A stretch of 64,000 bases of DNA from Candidatus Binatia bacterium (GTDB lineage Bacteria; Desulfobacterota; Binatia; UBA9968; JAJDTQ01): NCBI GenBank assembly GCA_963666515.2, contig OY762897.2, positions 3,424,001 through 3,488,000 of the forward strand, read 5' to 3'. Position 1 is the first letter of the stretch. Each line of letters begins with the position of its first letter. The position numbers and the translations under genes are program-made. Of this stretch, positions 1 to 10,174 are shown one piece after another. The notes below the pieces were generated by a model. It made no database searches, was not told the DNA's origin, and was given only the letters and a program-made list of their open reading frames with translations.

Positions 1-1093
1 ACCACGCTTCGGCTTCCTTGCCGGTGACCCCCAGACGCCTGAGGATGCGTCCCAGGGTCTGACCCCGGCCCACCGTGCGTATGACCTTCTCCAGAGGCTC
101 GAAAGACCGCGTGGGCGGCAGTGGCCTGGCGGCGGACGCTGGCGCGTCCGCGGCAGCCGGGGCCTTGGCCGGCGGCGCGGGCGTGGGCGCCGCCACGCCG
201 ACCGTCACCCGATGATTCCTGCCCCGGTACGCGAGCCGTCCATCGGTCCGTTCCCACGTCAGCAGATCCCCGCTCCTCGATTCGATCTGCAAGGCCCGCA
301 GGGTCCGCCGGCCCTTCCCCCGGGAAGGCGCCGCCACGAAGTGGAAAACGATCTTCCTTCCCGGATACAGCCGTCTCAGCGGATACCGCTTGCTGACGGC
401 CCGAATCCAGGGCTGCGCCTCCTTCCCGGAAACCCCTTCGGCGCGGAGCACCTTTCCGAGGTTTTCTCCCTTCCGCAGCACGTGCGTCACCCGCTCCACC
501 GCGGGGGACGCCGCGGCCGCGGTCTTCGCGGGAGCCCCGGCTGGGGGCGCAGACGCCGGGACATTCGGCGTGGGGGGAGGCTTTGCCGCAGCCGAAGTGG
601 CCGCCGGGCGCTCGGCCGCGGCAATCATGGGACGAAGGCCCTTGTCCCTGTGGTAGACGATCTGGCCGCGGCGCAACTGCCAGGTCAACGGCCTCGATCC
701 GGCGCGCTCGATCCGAAGGGCGGTCATGTCGCCGGGACCGCTCGAACCCCAGGCGTCGATGAAGTAGAAGCGGACCGTGTCTCCGGTCCGAAGGATGTTG
801 ACCACGCCGACCTGCTTCGCGACCGCCCGGACCCACCGGTCCCTGGCGGCCGGCGGCACCTTCAGTTCCATCAGCAGCCGGGGCAGCGTGTCGCCGCGGA
901 CGACCTGCTTGGTGATGCGCTGTTCACGGGTGTCCGCCGCCGGCGCCGCGTCCTGCGCGGCGGCAAGCCGCGGACCTCCGACCCATGACGCGCCGACGGC
1001 GAATCCGAGCGCCAGCGACACCGTGACGCCGACGAGCCAGCGCCCGACACGCGAGCCGCCGGACGACCGGCGACGCCTTCCGGAAGCAGACAT
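1..1093 (-). CDS. Exported protein with three OapA/LysM-like repeats, probably the N-terminal part of an M23/MepM-type peptidoglycan endopeptidase (runs off window edge)
   Basis: Absent from the ORF track because it has no stop in the window. Manual translation from ATG 1093 gives MSASGRRRR..., a hydrophobic signal/TM segment, then repeats QVVRGDTLPRLL, HVLRKGENLGKVL and RTVGRGQTLGRIL. Start and edge segments are in the same frame. The catalytic domain is not visible. Confidence 0.7.
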   Translation of the reverse strand, partial: MSASGRRRRSSGGSRVGRWLVGVTVSLALGFAVGASWVGGPRLAAAQDAAPAADTREQRITKQVVRGDTLPRLLMELKVPPAARDRWVRAVAKQVGVVNILRTGDTVRFYFIDAWGSSGPGDMTALRIERAGSRPLTWQLRRGQIVYHRDKGLRPMIAAAERPAATSAAAKPPPTPNVPASAPPAGAPAKTAAAASPAVERVTHVLRKGENLGKVLRAEGVSGKEAQPWIRAVSKRYPLRRLYPGRKIVFHFVAAPSRGKGRRTLRALQIESRSGDLLTWERTDGRLAYRGRNHRVTVGVAAPTPAPPAKAPAAADAPASAARPLPPTRSFEPLEKVIRTVGRGQTLGRILRRLGVTGKEAEAW

Positions 1094-1178
1094 GGACAAA
1101 GAAGCATTCACTTGGGAAGTCATATTAATACATAACGACCCGATAAAAAACCGCCGGGAACCACGAACCGGCGCCCGG

Positions 1179-2336
1179 TTACCACTGGCGGTTGGCCTGC
1201 CGGTACCCCAGCGCGTCCTGGGCGATGATCAGCTTGTGGATGTTCGACGACCCCTCGACGATCTGGTAGGACTTCGCGTCCCGCAGGTAACGCTCCACCG
1301 GGAACTCCGTGGAATAGCCGTAGGCCCCCAGGATCTTGAACGCGCCGTCGGCGGAATGGGCGGCCGCTTCCGCGGCGGCGTACTTCGCCATGGAGACCTC
1401 CAGGTTGTTGGGCCGCCCGCGGTCCGCAAGATGCGCCGCCCGGTACACCAGGAGGCGCGCGGCCTCTTCCTCGACGATCATCCGGGCCAGACTGTCCTGG
1501 ATCATCTGGAAGCGGCCGATCTTCTGGCCGAACTGCTGCCGCTGGTTGGCGTAGGCCACGGCCGCTTCCCGCGCCGCCCGGGCCACGCCCAGGGCGCCGG
1601 CCGCGCAACTCAACCGGGTCTGGTTGAGCTGCCACATGCACATGGCGAAGCCCTGGCCCTCCGGTCCGATGCGGTGGTCGGCGGGCACCGTCACGCCGTC
1701 GAAATCCAGGGTTCCGGTGGGCGACGCCAGCGCGCCCATCTTGTCGAGGGTGCCGCGGCGAACGCCGGCCCGGTCCAGCTCCACCATGAAGCCGGACAGG
1801 CCGCGATGCCCCGCGGCCCGGTCCGTCACGGCGTAGACGAGCGCCAGGTCGGCGACGGGGGCGTTGGAAATCCAGGTCTTCGCGCCCTTGAGGACGTAGC
1901 CGTCATCGGTCCGGTCGGCCCGGGTGGACATCGACGCCACGTCCGAGCCGGCATCGGGCTCGGTAATGGCGAAGCAGCCGATGCGCGACGCATCCACCAG
2001 CGACGGTATCCAGCGGCGCTTCTGTTCCTCGGCGCCGAACCGCGCCAGCGTCACCGCGGGCGCGAGCTGCGTGTTGACGTGGACCCGGACCGAACTGTGC
2101 ACCCGCGCGACCTCTTCCGTGAGCAGCACCATGGCCAGGTAGCCGAGGCCCGTGCCGCCGTAGGCTTCGGGAACGACGCAGCCGAAGAAGCCCAACTGCC
2201 CCATCTTCTCGAAGATCTCCCGGCGGAAATGATGGTCGCGGTCGTCCGCCGCCGCAGTCGGCGCAATCTCCTTCTCCGCGAACTCGCGGCCCAGCTCCCT
2301 GACCGCCAGCAGCTCATCCGAGAGATCGAAATCCAT
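1179..2336 (-). CDS. Acyl-CoA dehydrogenase family protein
   Basis: FAITEPDAGSD, GAKTWISN, QFGQKIGRFQ and ERYLRDAKSYQIVEGSSNI motifs. Confidence 0.95.
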   Translation of the reverse strand: MDFDLSDELLAVRELGREFAEKEIAPTAAADDRDHHFRREIFEKMGQLGFFGCVVPEAYGGTGLGYLAMVLLTEEVARVHSSVRVHVNTQLAPAVTLARFGAEEQKRRWIPSLVDASRIGCFAITEPDAGSDVASMSTRADRTDDGYVLKGAKTWISNAPVADLALVYAVTDRAAGHRGLSGFMVELDRAGVRRGTLDKMGALASPTGTLDFDGVTVPADHRIGPEGQGFAMCMWQLNQTRLSCAAGALGVARAAREAAVAYANQRQQFGQKIGRFQMIQDSLARMIVEEEAARLLVYRAAHLADRGRPNNLEVSMAKYAAAEAAAHSADGAFKILGAYGYSTEFPVERYLRDAKSYQIVEGSSNIHKLIIAQDALGYRQANRQW

Positions 2337-2368
2337 GGACCCTCCGGTGGAAAACCCCGTTTACCAAA

Positions 2369-3601
2369 CTACTCGCCCAGGACGGCGCGCGCAATGACGA
2401 GTCTCTGGATCTCCGAGGTGCCCTCGTAGATGCGCAGCGCCCGGACGTCACGGTAAAGCCGCTCGGTCACGCTGCCCGCCACCAGTCCGCGGCCCCCGTG
2501 GATCTGCAGCGCCTCGTCCACGATGCGCTGGGCCGCCTCGGTGGCGAACAGCTTGGCCATGGACGACTTCCGGCCCAGGCCGGGCTCGCGCCGGTCGTGG
2601 GCCTGCGCAGCCCGGTAGACCAGCAGGCGCGCCGCCTCCAGTTCCGTGGCCATGTCCGCGATCTTGAACCGGATGGCCTGGAAGCGGCTCAAGGCGCGGC
2701 CGAACTGGCTCCGCTCCCGCGCGTAGCCGACCGCCTCCGCCAGCGCGCGGCCGGCCATGCCGACGGCCGCGGCGCCGACGCTGCAACGGAGCGCTTCCAG
2801 CGTCCCCAGCGCGACTCCCAGTCCCTTGCCGGGCTCGCCCAGGAGCTGGCCCTCCGGGACGCGGCAGCCTTCGAAGGCCACGGTGCCGATGGGATGGGGC
2901 GAGATCAGCGCCAGCCGTTCCCGGACCCTCACCCCCGGAGCCGCGGCCTCGACCACGAAAGCGCTGACGCCGTTCCCCTTGCGCGCCGGATGCGTGCTGC
3001 CGAACACCACGTAGAGGTGGGCCAGGCCGGCGTTGGAGATGAGGCTCTTGACGCCGTCGAGCACGTAGCTCCCGCCCCGCTTGCGCGCCCGCAGCCTCAG
3101 CGCGGCCGGGTCCGATCCGGCGTCCGGCTCGGTCAGGGCGAACGCTCCGATGTCGCGGCCGGCGGCCAGCCGCGGCAGATACCGGCGCTGCTGGACCGGC
3201 GTTCCCGCCAGCGCAAGCGGGTAGGCGGCAAGCGCCTGCACCGCGAACAGGGTATCCGCCAGCGGGGACACCCCCGCCAGGGCCTCGCGGACGACGCACA
3301 GGTCCCGTGCCTGCACGCTGCGGTGTACGCCGCCGAACTCCCGCGGCGCCGCATAGCGGAAGACCCCGCCCGCCGCGAGCTTGCGGAACACCGCGGCTGC
3401 GGCCTCGTCCCCCGCAGCTACGCCTCCTGCAGCCTCGTCTCCGGCAGCCCCGACCCCGGCAACCTCCTCGCCCGAAACCCCGCCGCCGCGGTCCGCGCCG
3501 AACCCGCCCAACTCGGCCTCCGCCCACGCCGACAAACGCTCCCGCAACCGAAGCTGCGCCGCGGTCAAACCGTCCTCAACCCGCGCCGGCCGGAAATCCA
3601 T
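2369..3601 (-). CDS. Acyl-CoA dehydrogenase family protein
   Basis: FALTEPDAGSD, QFGRALSRFQ and ERLYRDVRALRIYEGTSEIQ motifs. Confidence 0.95.
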   Translation of the reverse strand: MDFRPARVEDGLTAAQLRLRERLSAWAEAELGGFGADRGGGVSGEEVAGVGAAGDEAAGGVAAGDEAAAAVFRKLAAGGVFRYAAPREFGGVHRSVQARDLCVVREALAGVSPLADTLFAVQALAAYPLALAGTPVQQRRYLPRLAAGRDIGAFALTEPDAGSDPAALRLRARKRGGSYVLDGVKSLISNAGLAHLYVVFGSTHPARKGNGVSAFVVEAAAPGVRVRERLALISPHPIGTVAFEGCRVPEGQLLGEPGKGLGVALGTLEALRCSVGAAAVGMAGRALAEAVGYARERSQFGRALSRFQAIRFKIADMATELEAARLLVYRAAQAHDRREPGLGRKSSMAKLFATEAAQRIVDEALQIHGGRGLVAGSVTERLYRDVRALRIYEGTSEIQRLVIARAVLGE

Positions 3602-3616
3602 GTCGCCCGTTCCCGC

Positions 3617-4411
3617 CTATTCGCGGTTGAACCGCGGCGCCTCTTTCTCCATGAACGCGCGGAAGCCTTCGTGGAAGTCCGCCGTCTGCATGCAGTGCGC
3701 CTGGGCCGCGGCCTCCATCTCCAAAGCCGCGTCGAGGTCCATCCCCGCCTCTACGTCGAGGAGCTTCTTGGTGACCCCGATGGCGAACCGCGGCCCGTCC
3801 CGGAGCCGGCGGGCCAGCCGCAGGGCCTCCGGCATCAACTCGTCGTGAGGCACGACCCTGTTCGCCAGGCCGGTCCGGTAGGCTTCGGCGGCGTCGATGG
3901 GGTCTCCCAGCGACAGCATCTCCATGGCGCGGCCCAGGCCCACGATACGCGGCAGCAGGTGGATGGCGCCCATGTCCGACCCCGCCAGACCCACCTTGAC
4001 GAACAGGAAAGCCAGTCTGGCCCGGTCCGACAACACGCGGAAATCACTGGCCAGGGCGAGGACCGCTCCCGCTCCCGCGGCGACGCCGTTCACCGCGGCG
4101 ATGATGGGTTTCTCCAGCCGGCGCATGTTGCGCACCACGTCGCAGGTAAGCCGCGTGAAGCGGTAGAGCCCGGCGCCGTCCATCTTCAGCAGCTCGCCGA
4201 TGATGTCGTCGACGCTGCCGCCGGAGCAGAAGCCCTTGCCCGCGCCGGTAATGACCAGGACGTGGACCCGGTCGTCCGCCGCCGCCGAGCCGGTCAACTC
4301 CTCCAACTCCTCGTAGGCGCGGAAGGTCAGGGCGTTGAGTTGGGTGGGGTTGTTCAGGCGGATGGTGGCGATGCCGTCGTCGAGCGTGTAGTCGAAGCTT
4401 TCGTATCCCAT
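3617..4411 (-). CDS. Enoyl-CoA hydratase/isomerase (crotonase) family protein
   Basis: FCSGG, KPIIAAVNGVAAGAG and ASDFR crotonase motifs. Confidence 0.93.
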   Translation of the reverse strand: MGYESFDYTLDDGIATIRLNNPTQLNALTFRAYEELEELTGSAAADDRVHVLVITGAGKGFCSGGSVDDIIGELLKMDGAGLYRFTRLTCDVVRNMRRLEKPIIAAVNGVAAGAGAVLALASDFRVLSDRARLAFLFVKVGLAGSDMGAIHLLPRIVGLGRAMEMLSLGDPIDAAEAYRTGLANRVVPHDELMPEALRLARRLRDGPRFAIGVTKKLLDVEAGMDLDAALEMEAAAQAHCMQTADFHEGFRAFMEKEAPRFNRE

Positions 4412-4442
4412 TCCAGTATCCTCGAGTTGGCACGTGCCGGTG

Positions 4443-5219
4443 TCAGCACATGACGGCGCCGCCGTCCACGTTGATGCCCTGGCCGGTGACGGAATCCCCC
4501 GCCGGGCCCGCCAGCAGCACCGCCACGTCGGCGACCTCCTGAGGCGCCACCAGCCGCGCTTGCGGCGACGTCCGCGCGAAGCGCTCCAGCACCGCCTCCG
4601 TGGTGCCGCCGACCCTCGCGGCCATGCGCCGCGCGTTCTCCCGCGTGAGCGCCGTGTCCACGTATCCCGGACAGACGGCGTTGACGGTAACCCCGTGACG
4701 CGCGGTCTCCAGCGCCATGACCCTGGTGAGCCCCAGCACGGCGTGCTTGGAGGCGGTGTAGGCGGCGGTGTGCGGATACGCGGTCCTGGCGGTGGTGGAG
4801 GCGATATTGATGACGCGGCCCCAACCCGCGCCGATCATGGGTTCCAGAAACCGTTTGCAACAGTAGTAGGTCCCCAGGAAGTTGACCCGCAGCACCTCCT
4901 CCAGCAGCGCGTCCTCCATCTCCAGAAAACTCGCGGCCGGAGCGATGCCCGCGCCGTTGACAAGAACCTGCACCACGCCCACCCGGCCGGCGCTCTCCCC
5001 CAGCGCGTCCACGGCTGCCCGGCGGCCGACGTCGCAGACCACGGGGAAGGCTTCGCGTCCGTTCCCGCGCACCTCCTCCGCCACCCGTTGGATGGCGTCC
5101 CCGGTCCGTCCCGCCAGCACCACGCGGCATCCCTCCCGGGCGAGCGCCAGGGCCACGGCCCGGCCGATGCCTCCCCCGGCGCCTGTGACCAGCGCGACCT
5201 TGTCCACCAGTGAATCCAA
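4443..5219 (-). CDS. SDR family NAD(P)-dependent oxidoreductase
   Basis: TGAGGGIG, YTASK and NAVCPGYVDT motifs. Start re-set to TTG 5219 because the ORF-track 5' extension overlaps the divergent tolC-like gene. Confidence 0.9.
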   Translation of the reverse strand: MDSLVDKVALVTGAGGGIGRAVALALAREGCRVVLAGRTGDAIQRVAEEVRGNGREAFPVVCDVGRRAAVDALGESAGRVGVVQVLVNGAGIAPAASFLEMEDALLEEVLRVNFLGTYYCCKRFLEPMIGAGWGRVINIASTTARTAYPHTAAYTASKHAVLGLTRVMALETARHGVTVNAVCPGYVDTALTRENARRMAARVGGTTEAVLERFARTSPQARLVAPQEVADVAVLLAGPAGDSVTGQGINVDGGAVMC

Positions 5220-5387
5220 CGAGGCGCCCCTTGTTGCTGAATCTACCAGACACGGCGCCTGGTGTCGTGTCCCGCAAATGCCTGCTTTTCCTTTTCGCTT
5301 GTTGAACGGGGCGCCGCTGATATAGAAACGGACTGCAAAGTCGGGATTGAGCGTACGCACGAGGAGACGCGCTACAAGGAGGTCGCC

Positions 5388-6677
5388 ATGCGATGCCGCA
5401 AGAACCTTACCGCAGCACTGGGAATCGGGGCATTCGTGCTGCTGTGGACGTTCCAGGCCGCCCACGGTCAACAGTCGGAGCCGCAGGTCCTGACGATGCA
5501 GCAAGCCGAACGCATCGCCCTGGAGAACCATCCGGGAATACGCGCCGCCAACGAACGGGTCAAGGTGCAGGAGGCCGTGCTGGAGCGAGCCAGGGCCGGC
5601 TACTATCCCACGGCCGGGGTCCGGGGTTCGTACGAGAACAGACCCTTCAACGACGGCCCGAACGCGGACAAGAACCTCTTCAATACGACGGGGCAGATAA
5701 GTTGGCTGGTGAGCGATTTCGGCCGCCGTGAGGGCGCGGTCCGGCGCGAGCAGGACACGCTGGAAGCCCGGCGCTTCTCCGAGCAGACCTCGATGGAGGT
5801 GGTGGTGCTGACGGTGCGGCGCGCGTTCTTCGACTACCTCAGGGCCCGGGCGCTGGTACGGGTGGAACAGGATACGGTCAAGGACCGTGAGACCCTGGTG
5901 CGCCAGGCGCAGGGGTTTTTCGACGTGGGCACGCGCCCCAAGATCGACGTGGCCCGGGCGGAGGCGAACCTCTTCGCCGCCAAGGCCGGCCTCATCGCGG
6001 CCCAGAACGGCGTCAGGATCGCGTGGGCGCGGCTCAAGAGCGCCATGGGGGTGGCCCGCTTTCCGGAGCGCCCGGTGGCGGCCGACGTGAACGTCCGGGC
6101 GCCCACCCTTTCACTTGATGAGGCGGTGAAGGCCGCTTTCGAATCGCGCACCGAGATAAAGGAGTTCCAGTCCCGCCTCAAGGCGCAGCAGGAAGCCGTG
6201 GAGGTGACGAAACGGGGCCGCATGCCGAGGCTCCGCGTCGACGGACAGTACGGCTGGCGGTGGCACAACGAGGAGGAGGTGGCCAGCTCGATGCTGACGC
6301 TGGAGGTGCCCCTGTTCACGGGCTTCACCCTCAGGCCCGAGATCGAAAGAAACCTCCGCGACTACGCGGTCATCAAGGCGCAACTGGAAGAGCAGCGGCA
6401 GCGCATCGCCCTGGAGGTGGAGGAGAGCTACCTGAATCTCGCGGAGGCGGGTGAGCGGATCCGGGCCAACGAGGCTCAAAAGAAGTCGGCCAAGGAAAAC
6501 CTCGACCTGGCCAACGGCCGTTACCAGGTAGGGGTGGGCTCGATCATCGAGATTACCGAAGCCCAGGTCATCGACTCCAAGGCGCAGACGGACCACATAC
6601 GGTCCATCTATGACCACAAGGTGGCCGAGGCGCGCCTCGCCCGCGCCATGGGTAGGGGCTCGGAGTTCAAGCCGTAG
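5388..6677 (+). CDS. TolC/OEP family outer-membrane protein
   Basis: AGGAGG RBS before ATG 5388; signal peptide; two OEP repeats (FDVGTRPKIDV, YQVGVGSIIEI). Confidence 0.92.
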   Translation: MRCRKNLTAALGIGAFVLLWTFQAAHGQQSEPQVLTMQQAERIALENHPGIRAANERVKVQEAVLERARAGYYPTAGVRGSYENRPFNDGPNADKNLFNTTGQISWLVSDFGRREGAVRREQDTLEARRFSEQTSMEVVVLTVRRAFFDYLRARALVRVEQDTVKDRETLVRQAQGFFDVGTRPKIDVARAEANLFAAKAGLIAAQNGVRIAWARLKSAMGVARFPERPVAADVNVRAPTLSLDEAVKAAFESRTEIKEFQSRLKAQQEAVEVTKRGRMPRLRVDGQYGWRWHNEEEVASSMLTLEVPLFTGFTLRPEIERNLRDYAVIKAQLEEQRQRIALEVEESYLNLAEAGERIRANEAQKKSAKENLDLANGRYQVGVGSIIEITEAQVIDSKAQTDHIRSIYDHKVAEARLARAMGRGSEFKP

Positions 6678-6686
6678 CCGGGGCCG

Positions 6687-8126
6687 TCAGGGGGACGCGG
6701 GAGGCCTCGGAAGCTCCGGGGGTCCCTCGCGCCCGAGTTGCCGGTCGATTCCCTCCAGCAGGCCGGACCCGCTTTCGTCGGCTGCCCGCTCTTTGGCATC
6801 GGGATCGGGCTTTCTGGCCGAGAACAGCGCGGGGTCCGCGGCCGGCGCCTGGGGCAGGCCGCCCGGCGGGGTCTCGCCGCCAAGCCGGGTATCGACGTCG
6901 CCCAGGACCGCGGCGGGATCACCGGGGGTCGGGCCCGCCTCCTTCTCCTCGGGCGGCAGTTCGCTCACCGGCGGTTTGGGCGCATCGCCTCCCGACGACT
7001 CGCCTGTTCCCAGCGTCTTGTCGACGCCTTCCACCACCGCCTTGGCAGACGCCGTTTCGCCAGCGCCCGGCTTTGCCGGCTCTTTTTCGTCCTCCCGGGA
7101 CGACGAAAACGGATTGAGGAAGCTGAACCAGCTCTTTTTCTTCTCCGCGGGCGCGGGATCTTCGGTAGACGCCTGGGCCTCGCCGGCTGCGGTTTGCCGG
7201 ACTGCGCTCGTCTCTTCCTCCGGCCCCCCTCGACGGCCACGCCACGAGAACGGGTTCAGGTAGCCGTACCAGCGCCGTTGCACCGGATCTTCGTATTCGT
7301 AGCCCTCCTTGGTGACGAACTTGGCCGGTGTCTCCACCGCTTCCGGCGACGTTTCCGCCCCGACGCCGTCTCGGGGCAACGGGCTCTCCGGCGCACCCTC
7401 TTCCAGCGCCGCGACCCGGGACAGCGCGTCCCGCGCCTTGGGCGCCGCCGGCGTGTCGGCATAGTCGCGCAACACGTTCTCGAAGCGCGCGCGCGCCGCG
7501 GGATACCGCTCCTCCTTCAGGTAATGGTTGCCGACGTACAGTTCCCGTTCAGCCAGGTGGTCCCGTGTCTCGGCGAGCTTCTTGCGCGCGTCCGGGACGT
7601 GCTCGGAATCCGGATGATCCTTGACCACGGATGTGAAGTATCCTCTCGCCTCCTTGACCTTCTCCAGGTCCCGGTCGACTCCCGTGAACTGGGCGAGGTT
7701 GACCCGTCCGAGCTGATACTTGACATGGTGCACGTGCCGGCCCGTGGGTTGAAAGGTGAGGTAGTTCTTGTAGGTCTCGCCGGCCTGGACGTACTCCTCG
7801 TTCAGGTAGTACGCCTCGGCGATCTTCAACTCGGCGGCTTCGGCTTCCTCGCTGAAGGGATACTCGTCCCGGAGCTTTTGAAAGAACGAGATGGACCGCG
7901 CGTAGCGTCCCTTCTCGAAGTAGTCGACGCCGTCCTTGTAAAGCGCTTCGGCCGTCGGGTTCGACTTGGAGCGCGGGTCCGACTCGAACACTTCCGTGAC
8001 CGCGGCGGTGAGGTCGCCCAGCTTGGGGAACCTCGGGCGCTCGCCGGTGGGCGTGGTACAGCCGCTCAGGACCAGTGCGGCCAGGAACCCGTAGAGGGTA
8101 CGCTTCAGGTGTTTCCGTTCATGCAT
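6687..8126 (-). CDS. bamD: Outer-membrane protein assembly factor BamD with long C-terminal extension
   Basis: Lipobox LSGC; TPR repeats (YPFSEEAEAAEL, DRDLEK, LAERELYVGNHY); start may be 8126 or 8144. Confidence 0.85.
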   Translation of the reverse strand: MHERKHLKRTLYGFLAALVLSGCTTPTGERPRFPKLGDLTAAVTEVFESDPRSKSNPTAEALYKDGVDYFEKGRYARSISFFQKLRDEYPFSEEAEAAELKIAEAYYLNEEYVQAGETYKNYLTFQPTGRHVHHVKYQLGRVNLAQFTGVDRDLEKVKEARGYFTSVVKDHPDSEHVPDARKKLAETRDHLAERELYVGNHYLKEERYPAARARFENVLRDYADTPAAPKARDALSRVAALEEGAPESPLPRDGVGAETSPEAVETPAKFVTKEGYEYEDPVQRRWYGYLNPFSWRGRRGGPEEETSAVRQTAAGEAQASTEDPAPAEKKKSWFSFLNPFSSSREDEKEPAKPGAGETASAKAVVEGVDKTLGTGESSGGDAPKPPVSELPPEEKEAGPTPGDPAAVLGDVDTRLGGETPPGGLPQAPAADPALFSARKPDPDAKERAADESGSGLLEGIDRQLGREGPPELPRPPASP

Positions 8127-8238
8127 CTCGGCTGCCTTCGACAAAGTGATGGAAAAAACCTACCACGGTCCCGACGCGGCCTTCAAGGATGCGGGTGAAA
8201 GGCGGCGGAGGGCCGGGAGAGGGCGGCCGCATCGGCCG

Positions 8239-9981
8239 TCAGCGCGCCACCCGCCGCCGGCGCGCCTCCTGCGATGCCTTGAAGTCCACCCCGGCGCCGT
8301 CCGGGGTCAGCACCGCGCCGTACACCTCGACAGCCGCCTTCGCCGAAATGAACCCGTTGCGGAGATCCTCGTCCACCCGTTCGAGATCGCGTTCCTCGGG
8401 TAGCCCGTAGCCGCCGCCACCGCCGCCGTGGTGGACCGACACCGTGCCCGGCGGGATGTCGTCGATGATCTCCATGGCGTGGGCGTTCCGGCGCTCGCCG
8501 CCCGGGAACCGGAACTCCACGCTGTTCAACGTACCCGCTCCGCCCCCCAGCACCCCCGGTGACGGCTCCATGGCGCCGTCGCCGTGGGTGGAGCCGCCGG
8601 TCTCCTCGCCGTAGTAGCGCACCCGGGTGCGGGTGCCGAGCCCGCCGCGCCACCGGCCCGGGCCGGCCGAGTCGGTCACGTACTCGTGCTCCATTAGGTG
8701 TACCGGGTTCTGCACCTCGAAGGTCTCGTAGTCCTGCGCCAGCACGTTGCCGCCGCCCATGAGCCCGGGCTGGTTGTAGCCGTCCACCCCGTGCGTCGCG
8801 CCGCCGCCCTCGTAGGTCAGGAAGAAGATGTCGTGGAAGCCCCGCCCGTTGCGCGGGTCCTTGCCGGTCATGCGGTACGACAGGCGCCGGCCCCAGGGGG
8901 CGGTGATGCGCTCGGGAAGCGCTTCGCGCAGCGCCAACATGATGGCCTCGCCGGTGTGCTGGCAGAGCTTGTTGCCCATGAACGTGGCCGCGGGATAGCG
9001 GGCATTGAGGATCGACCCCTCGGGCGCGTGGATGTCCACGGCGCGAACCAGCCCGTGGTTGTGGAGCACCTCCGGGCTCAGCAGGTAGAGCAGCGTCGTG
9101 AGTGTCGCCGCGGTGGTGGAGGTCAGGGACGCGTTGGTGAAGGTGGGAGTCTGCGGGTCCGTGCCCGAATAGTCGAAGGCGATGCGGTCGCCCCGGACCG
9201 TCACCTTCACGGCGATCCTGGAAGTCGATGGATTACCCGGCTCGTCCTGGTAGACGGTGCTCTCACCGAAGTACTCGCCGTCGGGCAGCGCCGCAATCTC
9301 GGCCCGCACGCGCCGCTCGGTCATGTCGTAGAGGCGCTCGACGTTGGCGTCGAAGGCCCCGGCGCCCTCCGCTTCGATGAACGCCAGCAGGCGTCTTTCA
9401 CCCAGGGCGCAGCTCCCCAGTTGCGCCTTGGCGTCGGCCTCGACGATCTCCCGCAGCCGCACGTTGGCGAAGATCAGCTCCCACACGTCGCGCCGCAGCC
9501 GGCCCTTCTCCCACAGCTTGACCGGAGGGATGCGCAGCGCTTCCTGGTGCACTTCCACCGCCTCGGGATTGCAGGTGCCCTTGACCGCCCCGCCGATGTC
9601 CGCCCAGTGGCCCCGGCAGGCGGTCCACGCCGCCAGCTCGCCGCCCGCGAACACCGGCTTGTAGAACCCCACGTCGGCGTGCTGCAGGTTGGCGCACCAG
9701 ACGTCGTTGTGGATGAAGACGTCGCCGTCGTGGATGTCCCCGCCGAAGAAGTCCATCAGGTAGCCGCAGCCCGGGTAGAGCGAGAAGGCCATCAGCGGCA
9801 GGTGCTCGTCCTGTTCCAGCATCCGCCCGCGGGCGTCCAGGAACCCCAGCGCGAAGTCGCCGTTGTTGATGAGCGGCGAGCGGCTGCTGCGGTACAGCGC
9901 CCGCGCCATCTCGTGGGTGAGGGACTTGACCCGCCGCTGGAACACGACGGTGCGGGCCGATTGTGACAACTCGATGGTCAT
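8239..9981 (-). CDS. Hydantoinase B/oxoprolinase family protein
   Basis: HNDVWCANLQHAD, GHWADIGG, HQEALRIPP, SAGPGRWRGG and GGGGGYG motifs. Confidence 0.93.
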   Translation of the reverse strand: MTIELSQSARTVVFQRRVKSLTHEMARALYRSSRSPLINNGDFALGFLDARGRMLEQDEHLPLMAFSLYPGCGYLMDFFGGDIHDGDVFIHNDVWCANLQHADVGFYKPVFAGGELAAWTACRGHWADIGGAVKGTCNPEAVEVHQEALRIPPVKLWEKGRLRRDVWELIFANVRLREIVEADAKAQLGSCALGERRLLAFIEAEGAGAFDANVERLYDMTERRVRAEIAALPDGEYFGESTVYQDEPGNPSTSRIAVKVTVRGDRIAFDYSGTDPQTPTFTNASLTSTTAATLTTLLYLLSPEVLHNHGLVRAVDIHAPEGSILNARYPAATFMGNKLCQHTGEAIMLALREALPERITAPWGRRLSYRMTGKDPRNGRGFHDIFFLTYEGGGATHGVDGYNQPGLMGGGNVLAQDYETFEVQNPVHLMEHEYVTDSAGPGRWRGGLGTRTRVRYYGEETGGSTHGDGAMEPSPGVLGGGAGTLNSVEFRFPGGERRNAHAMEIIDDIPPGTVSVHHGGGGGGYGLPEERDLERVDEDLRNGFISAKAAVEVYGAVLTPDGAGVDFKASQEARRRRVAR

Positions 9982-10174
9982 GAGGAATTCGTGGAACTCT
10001 CCCTCTTGGTTATTACACGAACTGCCGGAAAGCCATCTTCATGACCTGGCCGTGCATTCTATTCATAGAAAAAACATTTCTTGTGGTTATAAGTTCACGT
10101 TTAATTCATGAAACGTCTGTATCATGTGTGTCCAAATAGTCTCAAATATCGGCGATTGTTGAAAGGGTGGGACA

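Noticed and set aside
777-4453. Long + strand ORFs (777-2429, 2498-4453) and similar ones elsewhere (12391-14754, 28122-30848, 46916-49018, 52378-55128)
   Set aside because: Antisense shadows of well-supported genes in high-GC DNA; no motifs of their own.
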